DNA of 64,000 nucleotides from Orbicella franksi (Eukaryota): NCBI GenBank assembly GCA_964199315.1, contig OZ116702.1, positions 5,084,001 to 5,148,000 of the forward strand, read 5' to 3'. Shown piece by piece: positions 48,701 to 61,543 of this stretch (position 1 is its first letter; each line of letters starts with the position of its first letter). The notes under the pieces were generated by a model. It saw only the letters and a program-made list of their open reading frames with translations, ran no database searches and was not told where the DNA came from. The position numbers and the translations under genes were made by a program.

Positions 48701-49813
48701 TCGCGTTCTTCTGAATCAGCACCCTCCATAACATTTACTCCAGCGACAGTAACTTGTTGAGTAGCTTGTTTCTTCTTACATGCTCGCTGTGTGTGTCCAA
48801 TTATGCCACAGTGAAAGCAGCGTTCCTTAATGAAGGGGCACTTTTGCGAGTTGTGTGACCCTGTACAACGGTAGCAAGGTTTAGGTGGCTTGGTGTCCTT
48901 ACCCCGGGAACCCTGTGTCTTTTGTGGCAACTTGGGTGGAGCCTGTCCCTCCCTAGGTTGAGCAGTGTCAAGTTTATTGACTGGAGTGTCTGGCCCTTGT
49001 TCTCCCTGAAGCACTTGAACATCTTTATTAGCTTGCTCTATAGCTAGGCACTTTTGAACCGCAAGTTCAAAAGTAAGGTCCGCGAGTTTTACTTTCAACA
49101 AGTCAGTAATCATCTTCGGGTCGCGAATACCCGAGACTAACCGGTCACGGAGACGCTCAATTCGCACAGCTTCTCCAAACTTGCATTCCGTGGCCAAGTG
49201 CTTCAAAGTGGCTACATAATGACTAACTGACTCACCGGAATTCCTGGCTAGGTTATCGAATTCATACCTCGCGACCAGTGCTGACCTTTCGGGTTTAAGT
49301 TGCTTCTTCATTCGTTCCACGATGAAATCGTACGTAATGGCTTCATCCTTCAGCTGCGCGGGAGCCACCAAATCCTTCGCCAATTGGTAAGTTTCCACAG
49401 GAAGGTTCGTCAAAAGAACAGCCTTCTTCGTCTTGGCATCCCGAACGCCATTTGCGAGGAAGTAAAAATCCAGCTGTTCGGTGTAGGACTCCCAATCCGT
49501 CCCCCCAACATACTTCGTCACTTTGACAATGGTTTGACTCGTGTTCGGTGCTTCGTCCGGCATTTTCTGTCATGTCGTTAAACTTCTCATGTGAATTTCA
49601 CGACCCCACTTCCGTTTACCGCTTGTGCTTGTTTAGCTGGATTCCATCCTCGTCGCCAGTTGTTGTGTATTCGCAAATACGGAGGACAAATAAAAGACTA
49701 AACCAAGATGGCGGAACACTCTTTATTCAACTGAACGCGAGGACCTCGTGGGAGACCAAATATGGAAAACAGATCACGTGACAAACAGGGAGCCCAACCG
49801 GGAAAACCTAACA
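45770..49813 (-). mobile_element. Ty3/Gypsy LTR element lacking the integrase core
   Basis: 153-bp LTRs (45770-45922, 49661-49813; 5 differences) and a perfect TSD GTCCT. PBS TGGCGACGAGGATGGAAT (tRNA-Ser(GCU)-type 3' end); PPT aaaagggggaggaa. Confidence 0.95.
46065..49563 (-). pseudogene. Gypsy gag-pol with two nonsense codons and an integrase-core deletion
   Basis: Gag with CCHC knuckles, protease ELDTGS, in-frame TAA at 48442, RT YLDD, RNase H LATDSS..LVTDHQPL. TAG at 46600 (YV*WP). At ~46551 RNCE is fused to TKLDLIKP, so the DDE core is missing. Confidence 0.9.
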
Positions 49814-52800
49814 GTCCTCATACATTAACATTTTTGGCAATTACCAGGATATCCATGTTCTCCCCACAGCCAATAAAATACTACACTGATTTCAATTCAA
49901 GTAGCATGTAGGTCTATCAATAAAACTTAAAACACACCAATAACCCATTTGACCAACACAATGAACACCACACTTAATACCGCCCTTTGTGTCAAAAAGG
50001 TCAAAGAATCATCCCACAAATTCACTTGGAAATATAAAATAATTTTCAATTTCTTAAAATTGACTCACCTCTCATGTGTATGTATTTCCACTTTTGTATC
50101 TCTGGAGTAAATTAGTGCAAATTAGGTGAAAAAAATAATTAAAACTTGTCGATAAAATAAAACTATTTTTATTGGGTATTTAATAGATTTAATGGTTTGA
50201 AATAAAACATGTAACACATGCATCTTTACAATACATAGTTCCAACATCTTGAAATAGGCCACGACCACTCATCAACAGGCAGGCGAAACAGCAAAAATCC
50301 ATCCAAAACAAATAAACATTTTGGAGGGTAAAATACATGTTATTTTGACCTAAATACATTTTCTATGGAGGACTGAACACAGAATATCTGAATCTATCAA
50401 AACATTGCATTTTGGCATGTTTGATTAAGATTTTCACCAACAACAGGGGTTGATCTTAAGCTTTTTTTCAGAAAGTAAGCAGGGCTAGCTAAGACAGGTT
50501 TCAGCCAGTCTGCTGTAGTTTCAGATAGTCCCGAATGAGTCTAAACATTTAATACCCCAATATGTGGTTATTCATGTATGTGGTGGTTAGGAAATGCAGA
50601 AAGAAATTTATCGCTTTATCCCCATCACAGGGATAGCCTACAAACTCTTGTGCTTAGATTGGATCCATGGCTCAGGGGTCAATGTAATGGTTTCCATCAT
50701 TTTTTTCAACTAGTCAAGTCGGACAACAGTGTTGAAAGTAAGTGGTAGCCCCTAAGCCAGGGGTCAATTGCTACCGAGTCAACCACATTGGCTAGTAAGA
50801 TACAAACCTCTAGTAGCCAACTGGCTAGTGAATCATTTCTCAAGATAATGAAATATGTTTGAAAATACATACCGGTAACCCCTGAAATTTGAAAATGGCC
50901 CCCCAAAAATGGAGCCCACGGGGCCAAATGGCCCCTAGCCCTAAAATCCTTATTTTCACTCCTGGACAAGGTGTTTAGAATCTCAGCTAGTTACAGAATG
51001 CAACTTTTTAGCTAATCATGGACTACCAGACTTGTGTTAAGGTTGAACCGTGAAAAAGAGTCACTTTCTAGTTTGTTTATAATCAGTGCTGTAACCACGT
51101 CTTTTGGTTCGGGAGGGCTTTTGAAAGTTAGTGTTGACATCATGATGTCGTGATTGGCTGGTCAGAACTATGTATTTCAATATAACAAGAATCCTTTCAC
51201 ATGAAAAATAAATTAAAAGACCAACAACAATTATTTTTTCAATTGAGTTTATAAATGGTAACATCACCAGTTTCACCTGTAGCAGAATCCAGGAAAATGA
51301 TCTTTAAGCATTTTTACAACATAAAACCCTTTTTATAACAAAAATTTATTCTAATTACCAGTTGAAGACCTTTGCTATAATTGCAGACCACTGATACTGG
51401 TGGATTATTTTAATTTTAGCATTAAAGGTTTCATATTAGCAAGACTGTAAGGTATCAGCTTATCATCAATTGCTGCATTTAAGAATCTGTCTTGTTCCTT
51501 TTGCCTCAACAGCAGGCTCCTAGATTGTAGAATTCCTGGTGGCAAGAATGCCAGGAGGACCTGCGGACATGTTGGATGACTTATGGAATGCTATATGAAT
51601 GCCCAGGTACTGAGGTAGTGAAGCATGGTAGGGCACACAACTATGATCACTAATCACAGCTATCAGCAACAAGGATTGAAATGCTACCCTGAAGGCTGGA
51701 GTATAATTAAGTACACCTTGCAATTTCCAGGAAAGCCTATACTGTAGTATCACTATCACAGAATTTCACATGTTAATAGGTTATAATACTTTTTTCTATA
51801 AAGTGGTTCTGTGTCAAATGTGCAAATGTGGTCATCATAGATTACACCAGTTTCGCAAAAAACTGCATGGACTACTTATTGTCAACTCACGATATTCAAT
51901 AGCATTCACTCTGAATGACTCATGCTAGGTCTCTCTCTCAAAAAAAAATTAACTGTGAAATCTAAGACGAAATTAATTTTATTAACATTATTTATGACTT
52001 TTGTTAGGGTGGGGTGATAATTAATGTAAAAAATTTAGTTTAGGAATATGCAAATGAAACCACCCAGACTGTGTTACACCATATAATAGAAGCTCAAAGA
52101 GGTATTACACTTGACTGTAGCCCTATTTTTGACGTCTACCAAGTTCAGAAATTGCGGAAAATGTCAAAAGGAATAATTATGGAGTTTTTTTAAATAAATG
52201 TAGTTTTGTATTATGATTATTTTTTGTCTCTTTTTAAGCTATTTAGGAAGAAGTAAAGAAGAAGTGGAAGCAAATGCTATTATTTTATTCAAGTTATTTT
52301 TGTTTCTTTTCATGTGGTTTGGGTTTGACTTATGAGACACCCTAAGACCTGTAACTTGTACTTTTCTCTACTCGTGTCTTTGTGCTAGCTGCATGTGTAG
52401 CAGACTGGGCATGGAAGCTATTAAAAAGTTTCCACTGCCTGCAAGGCAAACCATGTACAGGCAATGGGTGGGTCAGCCTGCAATCCATGGCACATTTTAC
52501 CACTGGTTCCTCATGGCATGATTAGCCATGTGTGTAGCATCCACAGCTGGTTATCTCTCCGAATCCAGGAGTCCTCCATATCACTATTCCAATATATATA
52601 TATATATGTGAAATATGACAGAAATGACCATGGTACAAGAATCCCTTTTCACGGATTGCTTTTTTCATTAACACAATGGAGAAATGTTTGCAACAACGAA
52701 GCCTGCAGCCGCGGGAAAACTACAGCATCGTAGCCAAGGAACAAGTACGAAGTAGCATAAGCCATAAAATATCAAACACGCGTTAAAATAAACAAAGAGC

Positions 52801-52881
52801 AATTTATTTTATCCTTCAAGCTGTATGACATGTACAATATAACTTTCTACAATGCCATATTAAACCTCTATAAGCTTACAT

Positions 52882-53035
52882 TAGCCTGTTCCAGGCTCTC
52901 GGTCAGTGGGGACGATCGCCTGAAAACGCAGAAGGGCGACAAGCCCTTAACCTCTCCTTTATCTCTAGCAGACCCCACTCGTCGCCCGCCCGCTTTTTCG
53001 ATCATCCCCACTAACCGAGAGCCTGGAACAGGCTA
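52882..53035. mobile_element. 154-bp hAT-type MITE
   Basis: TIR tagcctgttccaggctctcg / cgagagcctggaacaggcta with a perfect 8-bp TSD GCTTACAT. Confidence 0.85.
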
Positions 53036-55747
53036 GCTTACATGGACTAAAGCAAGATGTTGCCAAGAGCCATGACAATGACGTGTACGTATTTCAGTCG
53101 TCGTCCAACATTTTGAAAATGGAATGGCGGGAGTCATGGCGGGTGAACGGATGACTCATACTGCGCATGTCCAGCCGTTTTTGCGCTCTGTCAGGAAACC
53201 CATCAATTGATTTTCTCATGGTTATCATGGCTAGCGGTATTGGTCGTGGGCGCGTACGCACGACGATCGCGACCGAGTCGCGCAAGATGGCGGCCATACT
53301 CCAGCTAATAGGTCGACAGAGATATCCACCCTTTAGACTACTTGGTTTATAGCGTCCTTCTTTGATATTGGACATACATGTTATGGTCAATTGACAATTT
53401 TCAAAACAACGTATTCGCTGACTAGTATCACGTGACCATATCGTGGGCCTAAGTTTAAAGCTCATCATGTGTTTTTTTAAGTTGACCGCCGACCAAGTGC
53501 TAGTTTTTAATTAGATCGTGGGCTCGAGTCAGATTAACTTGTTGTAAACAGGGCTGGGTTGTTCTAACGCCAGTTAACCCTAACCCAGGATTATAAAAAG
53601 TATAAATTTTTCTTGTATACAAATGTTCTTCACTGCTTTTATTTTGTGTATTTTAAGGACTTTGAGATTATCGAATCTCAAAACAGAACGCCAAATAACA
53701 TAAACAGAAAACCTCACCGCAAAGTTGCAAAACAGAAATCAAAATTCTCGCTTATCGCGCATGGTTAGCTTGATCGGGCTTTGAACTATCCGGCCTAGGT
53801 GCTCCGCTTTTAGACTTGGCTAAATCTATATATTATTAGCCTTGTTGTGATTAGTTAGGTAGTTTAGTTTTGTGGTTATGTATACGCCAACATCAGCTTT
53901 GCTGAATTTTTAATCTTGTTTAAATAAATGCTGTTATTGTAAAATGTAAAACGATGTAAATCTTATTTATAGTGTTAGTATTATTGTTATTATTATTATT
54001 AGTCCTTCGTTCTTAGGATGCGTTCGATTGACCTTATTCCGGAATAAGAATAGAAAAGGTTTGCTTTGAAAAATCATCCTTAGGAGAAGTTTGATGTTAT
54101 CGGAATACATAGGAGATTTTCAGTACCAAATCTTTGCAAATTGTTATCAAGATATTTGCGTAAATTTACCTTTAAAGAAAAGTTTATTCCAGAATAGGAT
54201 CAATCGAACGCGCCTTCAGTTAAAATAATTTGTAATCTTCGACTCTGCAGGGTCAGATGACGTAATGTACCTGCCGGTTTTGGCGTTCTTTCATCTTTTA
54301 AATGTCAGTTTGGACTGGTGACTACATCAAACGGAAGACCAGTAACCTGCTGGCTGCTATGCCTGGGCAGTCTCTAATTAGGGACTGGCAGAATTAACAC
54401 CGTTGTTACTGTCTTCATTGACTCATTAACCACGCCCTAATTTCGCCACCGTATTCACTTGTTTCAAATAAAGTTGTTTACTTGTTGCTCATTTTTCTGT
54501 TTAAAGTTTTGTATGATGATTTCTACAACTTTAAAGTTTTCAATTCAGCAATTTTCTGTGCACGTTCTCTGTACCGTCTATCAGGTCGAGCAATATCAGT
54601 GAAATTTCATGAAAAATCAGAACCAAAAATGAAGTCACGCTGACTAATCACAAGAGATACAAACAACGCAAAGGGAAACTAAAACCTTGAAGCAAGTACG
54701 ATGCAACCCGCGTCAAACACGATAAACGCATTCTTCCAAGTCACGAGAGAAGAAATTGACGCGAGATTATTGAACCAATCAGGGAGCGTACCAAACGATC
54801 CAAAAAATCAATCAATTCCACACTCTAATTAACAAAGCACTCTAACATAGCAGCCAAATTGCCGGTCACCCGTTTGAAGTAGTAATCAGTCCAAATTGAC
54901 ATTGGAAGGATGCACTGGCGCTAAAAATGGTACGTTGCTTCACATCTCCTGACCCCTCATAGAGAAGAATTTCAAATTATTACCTAATTATGATATATTA
55001 CAGATTACCTCATAGAAGTCCTTTAATTAACTGCACGGTAGGCTGTAAGGGAACCACTGTTTCAAAAAGATAATTCTTTGAAGAGCCTAAAGGTAAGAAA
55101 TGTTTCTTTTTCACACTTTGATTATCTACTCAACACTGCCGGAAACGAAGTATAGTGTAGGAAATCACACGACCTCGAGTACAATCCGTGTTTTGCGGCA
55201 GTGAGAGACGACTTCGATTCCACGATTTCTCCGTATAGACTTTGCATACAGATTTCATATATCCGTTAATTTTGTGATCTTTGAGTTCCCGTTGTGTTAC
55301 TGTTGTGTTTTCAATTCTTTTCAATGTGGGGCCCCTCAGTGATGGGGGTTCTAGGCCACGTTAATTTTCCCCAGCTAAGGGTTTAAATTTAATAAATCTT
55401 TCAATAGAAAAGAAGTTTCATCTTCGACTTGATTATATCTGCAAGTGTATCATCTTCAAGATGTTGGTATTATCTGACGACTTCAATCATTGATTTATGA
55501 CTTCCATAATTTCACGTGATAAAAACCAAAGAACAACTATGAGCGCTACCTCAATAATTTTAATTGTTTAGCCCTAGTACGGTAACATTAGTGTAGGTTT
55601 CCTTGTAATATTGTTCCAGTTTAATATGTGTTATGGAGTGCCTTTGCGCATTGTAGCCTTTCTTGTATATTTGCCAATAGAGTTAAACAAATTGCGCTCA
55701 TCCTGGAGAACAGATCCTCATCAAAACGTATATTCAGTTTCAGCAAG

Positions 55748-57145
55748 ATGCCGCGCTGGATAGTACTGATGAGAACTCTGGTCCTGTTTATCGCCGTGGC
55801 GACTATCATAAATCTGCAACAGGCGTCAGGAGAGCTGCACCTGACTTACCACGGCACCATCTGTATTGGAGCCTGCAAGTTAACCAGCAAAGAGCACTAC
55901 TGCGACAGTATCGACAGAGGGGAAAACGAGATGAAAAGTATGCTCTGCTCACCACAGAGCCAAACGGACGTCACCGGCACGAAATGCAAGAACGAGTGCG
56001 CCAAGAGAAGGCAAGACTACTACTGGTGTAAAACAAGTGCACTTGTAACTAAATGGACTGGCTGGGGCTATTGTGGACTTGTGAGGAGTAACACAAATTA
56101 CGTTACTTCTTTCTACGACGCACTATGCTACGACCATTGTGCTAAAAGGAAAGAGGATTACTACTGGTGCCACACGAGGAAAGGCTGGGACTACTGTTCC
56201 CCAAGAACTAACGTGGACTACAAGAATAAACCCTGCAAGGAAGACAGCCAATGTGCCAAGCACGGTGAAAAGTACAACTGGTGCAACCTGAAAGAGGGCA
56301 GATGGGGCTACTGCGGATTCCTCGCGACAAAGCTTGTGTCTTACAGGACCTCTCAGCACAGAAAGATATGCATAGACGACTGCGAAAGGAAAGACTACTA
56401 TTACTGTTACACAAGTGATGGTTGGGACTACTGCTCCCCTGTGCCCGATATCACCTACAAGGGCGTTCCCTGCCGCGCTGGCCACCGCTGTGACCTGCAT
56501 GGTGAAGAGTACTACTGGTGCTACACCGACACTTCTAATAACTGGAACTACTGCGGTGTGATCGAAGGGAGCCAGTGCGAGTACCACGTCGAAGCATCGA
56601 CGAAGCGGGCCGTCGGCGGAAGAAAGGAATTCCGGTGCTATGACGAGGGCAACCGAAGGATGACGGCGTTCGAGATCAATGTAAATGCGAACATAGCCGA
56701 TGGGCGCCAATTCCAGAGGGATATCACGAACATAATCGAGCAGTGGAACAATGGGCTGCTGGTGAACACAGCTAGAAGTGGGCTGGTACGGACCGACAAT
56801 TTCCGCATCGACATGCAGGGTATGGTCAACCGGAACGGCCAGCAGTACCACAACCTCCAGATACAGCGGAACGTGCGACGACATTCCGGGCAGAGCACCA
56901 CTTTCTCCCAAGTGCTGGTCCCCCAAAATTTGCAAGGGGTCACGAATGGGTACGTTAGAAGAGCTTTCTTAGATAGTTTCCAAGGTAGGGTTGGGATCAC
57001 AATAAACGTCTCACGGATTGAACGCCAGCTGTCGGACATTACGACGTTAAATCCGCCCTCGTCGGGCAACCAATTATTGCATTTTAAGCAGCACAAACTG
57101 TTTCTTAATAAATCTACCCAAGTCCAAAACCACACGCATGCTTGA
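55748..57145 (+). CDS. Intronless secreted protein (465 aa): signal peptide, six 4-Cys Trp/Tyr-rich modules, KR linker, unassigned C-terminal domain
   Basis: Long open frame. Hydrophobic N-terminus MPRWIVLMRTLVLFIAVATIINLQQASG; repeated C-x3/5-C..Y(Y/N)WC..W(D/G/N)YC(SP/G); codons visibly enriched for third-position C/G relative to the flanks. Confidence 0.85.
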   Translation: MPRWIVLMRTLVLFIAVATIINLQQASGELHLTYHGTICIGACKLTSKEHYCDSIDRGENEMKSMLCSPQSQTDVTGTKCKNECAKRRQDYYWCKTSALVTKWTGWGYCGLVRSNTNYVTSFYDALCYDHCAKRKEDYYWCHTRKGWDYCSPRTNVDYKNKPCKEDSQCAKHGEKYNWCNLKEGRWGYCGFLATKLVSYRTSQHRKICIDDCERKDYYYCYTSDGWDYCSPVPDITYKGVPCRAGHRCDLHGEEYYWCYTDTSNNWNYCGVIEGSQCEYHVEASTKRAVGGRKEFRCYDEGNRRMTAFEINVNANIADGRQFQRDITNIIEQWNNGLLVNTARSGLVRTDNFRIDMQGMVNRNGQQYHNLQIQRNVRRHSGQSTTFSQVLVPQNLQGVTNGYVRRAFLDSFQGRVGITINVSRIERQLSDITTLNPPSSGNQLLHFKQHKLFLNKSTQVQNHTHA

Positions 57146-57534
57146 CATTTTGCCAACGCCACCTGTCTTTATCACACATTTCAAGCCAACGTCTGCAGGG
57201 TATATTAAACACTGAGATCTAGAGCCAAAATGGCATTTTGCTTGGGCAAATGCGTTATTTCGATTACTGGAATGTGATGACCTTGATGTTGGACAATTAC
57301 GCAGAGTCGATTTAGTTTTCTTTCTTTGTAAAACGTCACTGGTTCTATCTGTAATAGGAGATGTGCAAATAGCCCATTTACAGTTCAGTGCTGAGTGGTA
57401 CGGCCTTTGAACGGCAGCGAGGCTGGAGTTGACTTTGTTATGATACAAACCTTGCTACTTTTCCAATGTAAATTATTCTGTCCAGTCTCTACCATCACAA
57501 GGTCAAACCCAACCTCGTTTCCATGCATTTCACA

Positions 57535-57838
57535 GGAGGCAGCGTGGCCGAGTGGTTAGGACGCCGGATTTGAAATCCGGAGGTCGCGGGTTCAAGTCTC
57601 GCTCTGACCACTTATTAGCTGGAGTTGTTTCTCGGTAGACCCTAGTTCAGCTCCTCGGTCATGCTTGTAAATAGCCAACTGGTCTGCCTCCCACCATTTG
57701 GGATTTTTAAGCCTATTACGTTTAGTTGATATATTTGTTTCCTTCATTTAAAGTGGCATGCCTGTGAACTAGCTAGGTGTAGCTAAGCGCATTGACCACT
57801 ATAAACAACAGCATTTGACATTTTTGACATTTTTTGAC
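57535..57838 (+). mobile_element. tRNA-derived SINE (Nin-domain-like core)
   Basis: A box tggccgagtgg and B box ggttcaagtc in a tRNA-like head, then a core cttgtaaatagccaactggtctgcctccc..ttgggatt and a (tttgaca)n tail. The Nin assignment is from memory of the consensus. Confidence 0.7.
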
Positions 57839-60104
57839 AGAACGGTAAAGTGGTCTGTTAGGGAACATCTCCAAAGTAAAGCAAAATAACATAAGCAATA
57901 TTATTTTGAGGAATCGTGGAAGTTAGTTTATTACTCGCTGCTAGTTGAGAACGGATTAATACCGTTTAACCTTCGATGTACACAACAGGGAAAGGATGGC
58001 AAAGCCGCACACTGTTGCACTATTTATGTAACCGTATTGTTACGTACGAGGTGGCCTCAACTAAAAGCCTGATGGTTTCTGGAGTCACCTCGCCTCACAT
58101 TAAAACATTTACAAATACTGTACATTAACTAAAAAAGGCAAATAAACAGAATGAAGTGAATTGCAAAATGATGCCAAACAATTTTAGAAAGGAATTTATT
58201 TTTAGTGCAAAGAAATCATGAACGTGACAGGTGTTTGGATATCTGATATTAACTAGCATAGATTTATTGATTTTATTTCCCCATTGCCTCCGTAGTTTTA
58301 GTTTCGATTGAGAAGATATATCGAACACTCGAGACAGTGTTTGACCACATTTCCGAACACCTCGAAGTTGGTCAAAAATACTCCGCTGCGCGTCGTATTC
58401 ACAACTCTCTTCTTCTTGGTGTTTGGAAATGTGGTCACACACAGTCTTTCGAGTTTGATATATTACCTCACAAAATTAACCGAGAGGGAGCTAAAATGAG
58501 ATTGACCTTTCGTATTAAAAAGAAAGAAATGACAAGCGACACAACGGGAGGAAACCTGTTACTGTGTAAGTGCAAACATGATAGTTGTTTAGAAAGATGG
58601 AACATCTCATTTTCTGAAAATAATTCCGCAAAGTTTGTTTCATATTATCCAACCTTTTGTCAGCATAGTCCTTGTATTGTCTGCTTTGACCCAGGAAAGT
58701 ATCTCTTCTGTAAATTCCATCCTGTCTGGCAGTTTACTGTATAAAGGCAAACGAAAGTTCCGTATATAATAAAATTGTGGATTCATAAAGGAAATTTAAC
58801 ACAACACATCACAATGATTTCTGTGAAGTGATAACCTATTTTCTAGTAATCCCTTTGTGTCCTGAGAAGTTGTTTTTAGTTTCACCGCCTTCGTTTCAGA
58901 GATAAAGCAAGTGGAAAACTATCCTGATTTTTTTTTTAAAAAAATCAACTGGTGCAAGAAATGCAGCATGCTCTCCAAGACGTTTAGTTTAAAATATTGA
59001 AGATGAGTCAAGGGAGGCAAACTATCTTGCCATGGCTATATTAGTGGATCTGCTGGGTGAAAAATTGCATATGGAAGTGTGGTCGAAATTCGATGGTTTG
59101 CTAGGAAAAAAAATTTAAATTGCTAACTGACATTTTTTTCACAAAAGGTAGGAAAACGGTAGTGGAAGTGATTTAACAAAATAAAAACGAACGTCCAAGA
59201 TCGCAAGATACATGCAAAGTTATAGTTGCCGTGGCCATTAGCACTATTATTATTCATTTTGTTACTTAACGCGCTCACGCTCAATACATGATGGGACGTG
59301 CGCATTGCATCCGCAGTACGAACACGCACAGGCGATAAGCGCAAACGTCTTTAAATGTTTGTTTCAAGTAGCCCTTGGTACGCGCGGCGAGCAAAACGTT
59401 GGGAAATTTTTTAGTTTCAAATATACGTACTTGCTTCCAAGATCAAGGTCAATAGCCAGTTTCAAGCCCGAGAACTGTTGTGAGTAGTTGTACTGGAACA
59501 CCAACGCGTTTGTAGTAATACTACTCCAGAGTTTCACAGCCATTACTCCATAAAATGCTTGATGTAAGCAAGCGAGAACTGTTTGGCCTGAGTAATATAA
59601 ACAAAAAGGACATGATTAATAAAAGCTTGGTTCATAAAAAATCCATCTATAATGGTTTCGCTTTGCTGAATTAACAACTTGGGGATTTTCATGTGACGTT
59701 CACGAAGGCGGCCGGCGGAGGTTTCAAAGAAACGAGCGCGGAAATATTTTATGGCATGGCTACAATTTATTTTCACCTCATAGACGTGTTACATCTTTCT
59801 GACCAGTTCCTACTATACGCAGTACCAAATGACGTCTGGTCACTTTCATTTGGGATTTCCGATCTGGCCGGGTAATTAGCAGTTGATGCAGTAATAAAAG
59901 GGATGAAAACGTGGAAAATGTAAAAATCTATACTCACGAGAAACGACCAGAAACGACTCTAAGATATTGAAAGCAAGCCACCTTTGTAAAAGTGTGAGAT
60001 TTCTGTGAGGTGATAAAAATCTCGATGCAAAGGCTTGCGAAAATGGTCAAAGCTATTCCCATGCAATACAGTGCGAGTGCATTTGTAAGGAAGGTTGGAA
60101 AGAG

Positions 60105-60212
60105 GGATGGAGAGAATGAAGGACGGAAGGAAAGGAAAAAATGGGGCAGGGAAGGACTAGAGAGAAGGGGAGAGGGAGGGAGAAAGGAAGAAAGAAAGAA
60201 AGGAAGGAAGAC
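60105..60212. repeat. Polypurine (GGAA/GAGG-rich) tract
   Basis: Direct reading. Confidence 0.85.
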
Positions 60213-61269
60213 CCTAACGTCAGGGGTCTGGTGGGCTTGTAACCAGAACATTGTTATCGACATCAGATAGATGGGCCCGTGTATAATCAGGGAAAGGGGC
60301 TTGTGGTCTTCTTGGCGTACAAGACACAGGACACGTCACAACAGAAAACCGCCTCTGTCCAAACCTATCGTTATTATTGGTTCCCTCTTTTTTGTCCTTT
60401 TGTTCTCAAGTCAACTGCGTCAAGTAAGAGAAGGCTTATGAGCAAACGCATCTCCGCTTAGTCTACAACCGAACATTTGCCAAAAACGGCACTTTTTGCC
60501 ACAAAACAGAAAAAAAAAAAGAATCATTAAGCGTACACTTTAAGCCTTGGTGTACAGCAAACATGAACATTCAGCAAACCAATATGATCACTGACATTGC
60601 TGATGTCGATGACGTCAAATAACAGATCTGGAGGGAAACTACTCGTGCACAGGCTCAGGTCATCGCCAGTCCACAGGGTAACCTAGTAAATGAGATAAAT
60701 TATGAATAAAGCGTTGTCCTAAAGTATCTATAATGCGATGAGTGTGGCCGCCTATACTGCAAGCAGTTTCTCTTTTGCTCGAAATTCTGTGAAAAAGGAC
60801 ACAAAGAAGAACACAACACGAGTGATCGCATGAGCAGCTCGTGACCTCGCCACTCTCATATTACGCTCGCAGTCACGCTCGCACGCTCTCTAGTTTTGTG
60901 TTGTTCTTTACAAATTTTCGAGCGAAAGAGAGACTAGCTACTCGCAGTCTATTGCACGTGGTCGTCTGGTCGAAGGTAGTCTGAGAAAGGCTTTTCATCC
61001 AAACCCTGCGCGCCTACACTTCGTAACTAACGATTTGGAGTGGATATTTACTATCAGTACACGCGAAATCGCAAATTTGTTAGAGTTGAAGGATTTCTTC
61101 TTTTCAGTTCATCCCTTGCCTCCTGCGTGGCTTTGTCACGTAATGTTTCCTCCCTGTAGTCGAGAAAAGATTGCGTGACAAGCAATAAGATTGTCTGGGT
61201 AGGAGGTTGGCTTGTTTAAAACACGAAATGACGAAATGACAAAATGGCACTACAGTTAGCCTTAAAAGA

Positions 61270-61360
61270 CCTAAATTCCCCTCCGGTTAGCCTAAATTTC
61301 CCTCCGGTTAGCCCAAATTTCCCTCCGGTTAACCTAAATTTCCCTCCGGTTGGCCTAAAT
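61270..61360. repeat. 21-bp minisatellite, ~4.3 copies (cctaaatttccctccggttag)
   Basis: Units start at 61270, 61291, 61312, 61333 and 61354. Confidence 0.9.
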
Positions 61361-61543
61361 AGCACTGAATTGCAGGCGGTTAGCTCTCAATAATTGTATG
61401 GGTTAACAGTATCCCACATTGTTTAGTACCATTTCGTCAATTTCGTGCACTAAACACGCCCCGATCGTTGACATTATTTCATGAATTGTTCAGTTCAGTC
61501 CAGCTTACATCATTTAGATAAGTCATTAACCTCACTATAAAAA

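Noticed and set aside
49820-55600. Short ORFs in the AT-rich interval
   Set aside because: No consistent exon chain or motifs. The region appears intergenic with scattered MITEs.
56123-56935. 270-aa minus-strand ORF
   Set aside because: Antisense to the Cys-module gene and explained by its codon bias; no recognisable motifs.
57535-57610. tRNA-Ser(TGA) gene
   Set aside because: No long variable arm, a poor acceptor stem and no poly-T terminator. It runs directly into a SINE core and tail.
59934-60270. Phe/Ser/Pro-rich and Arg/Glu/Gly-rich ORFs on opposite strands
   Set aside because: Products of the polypurine tract.
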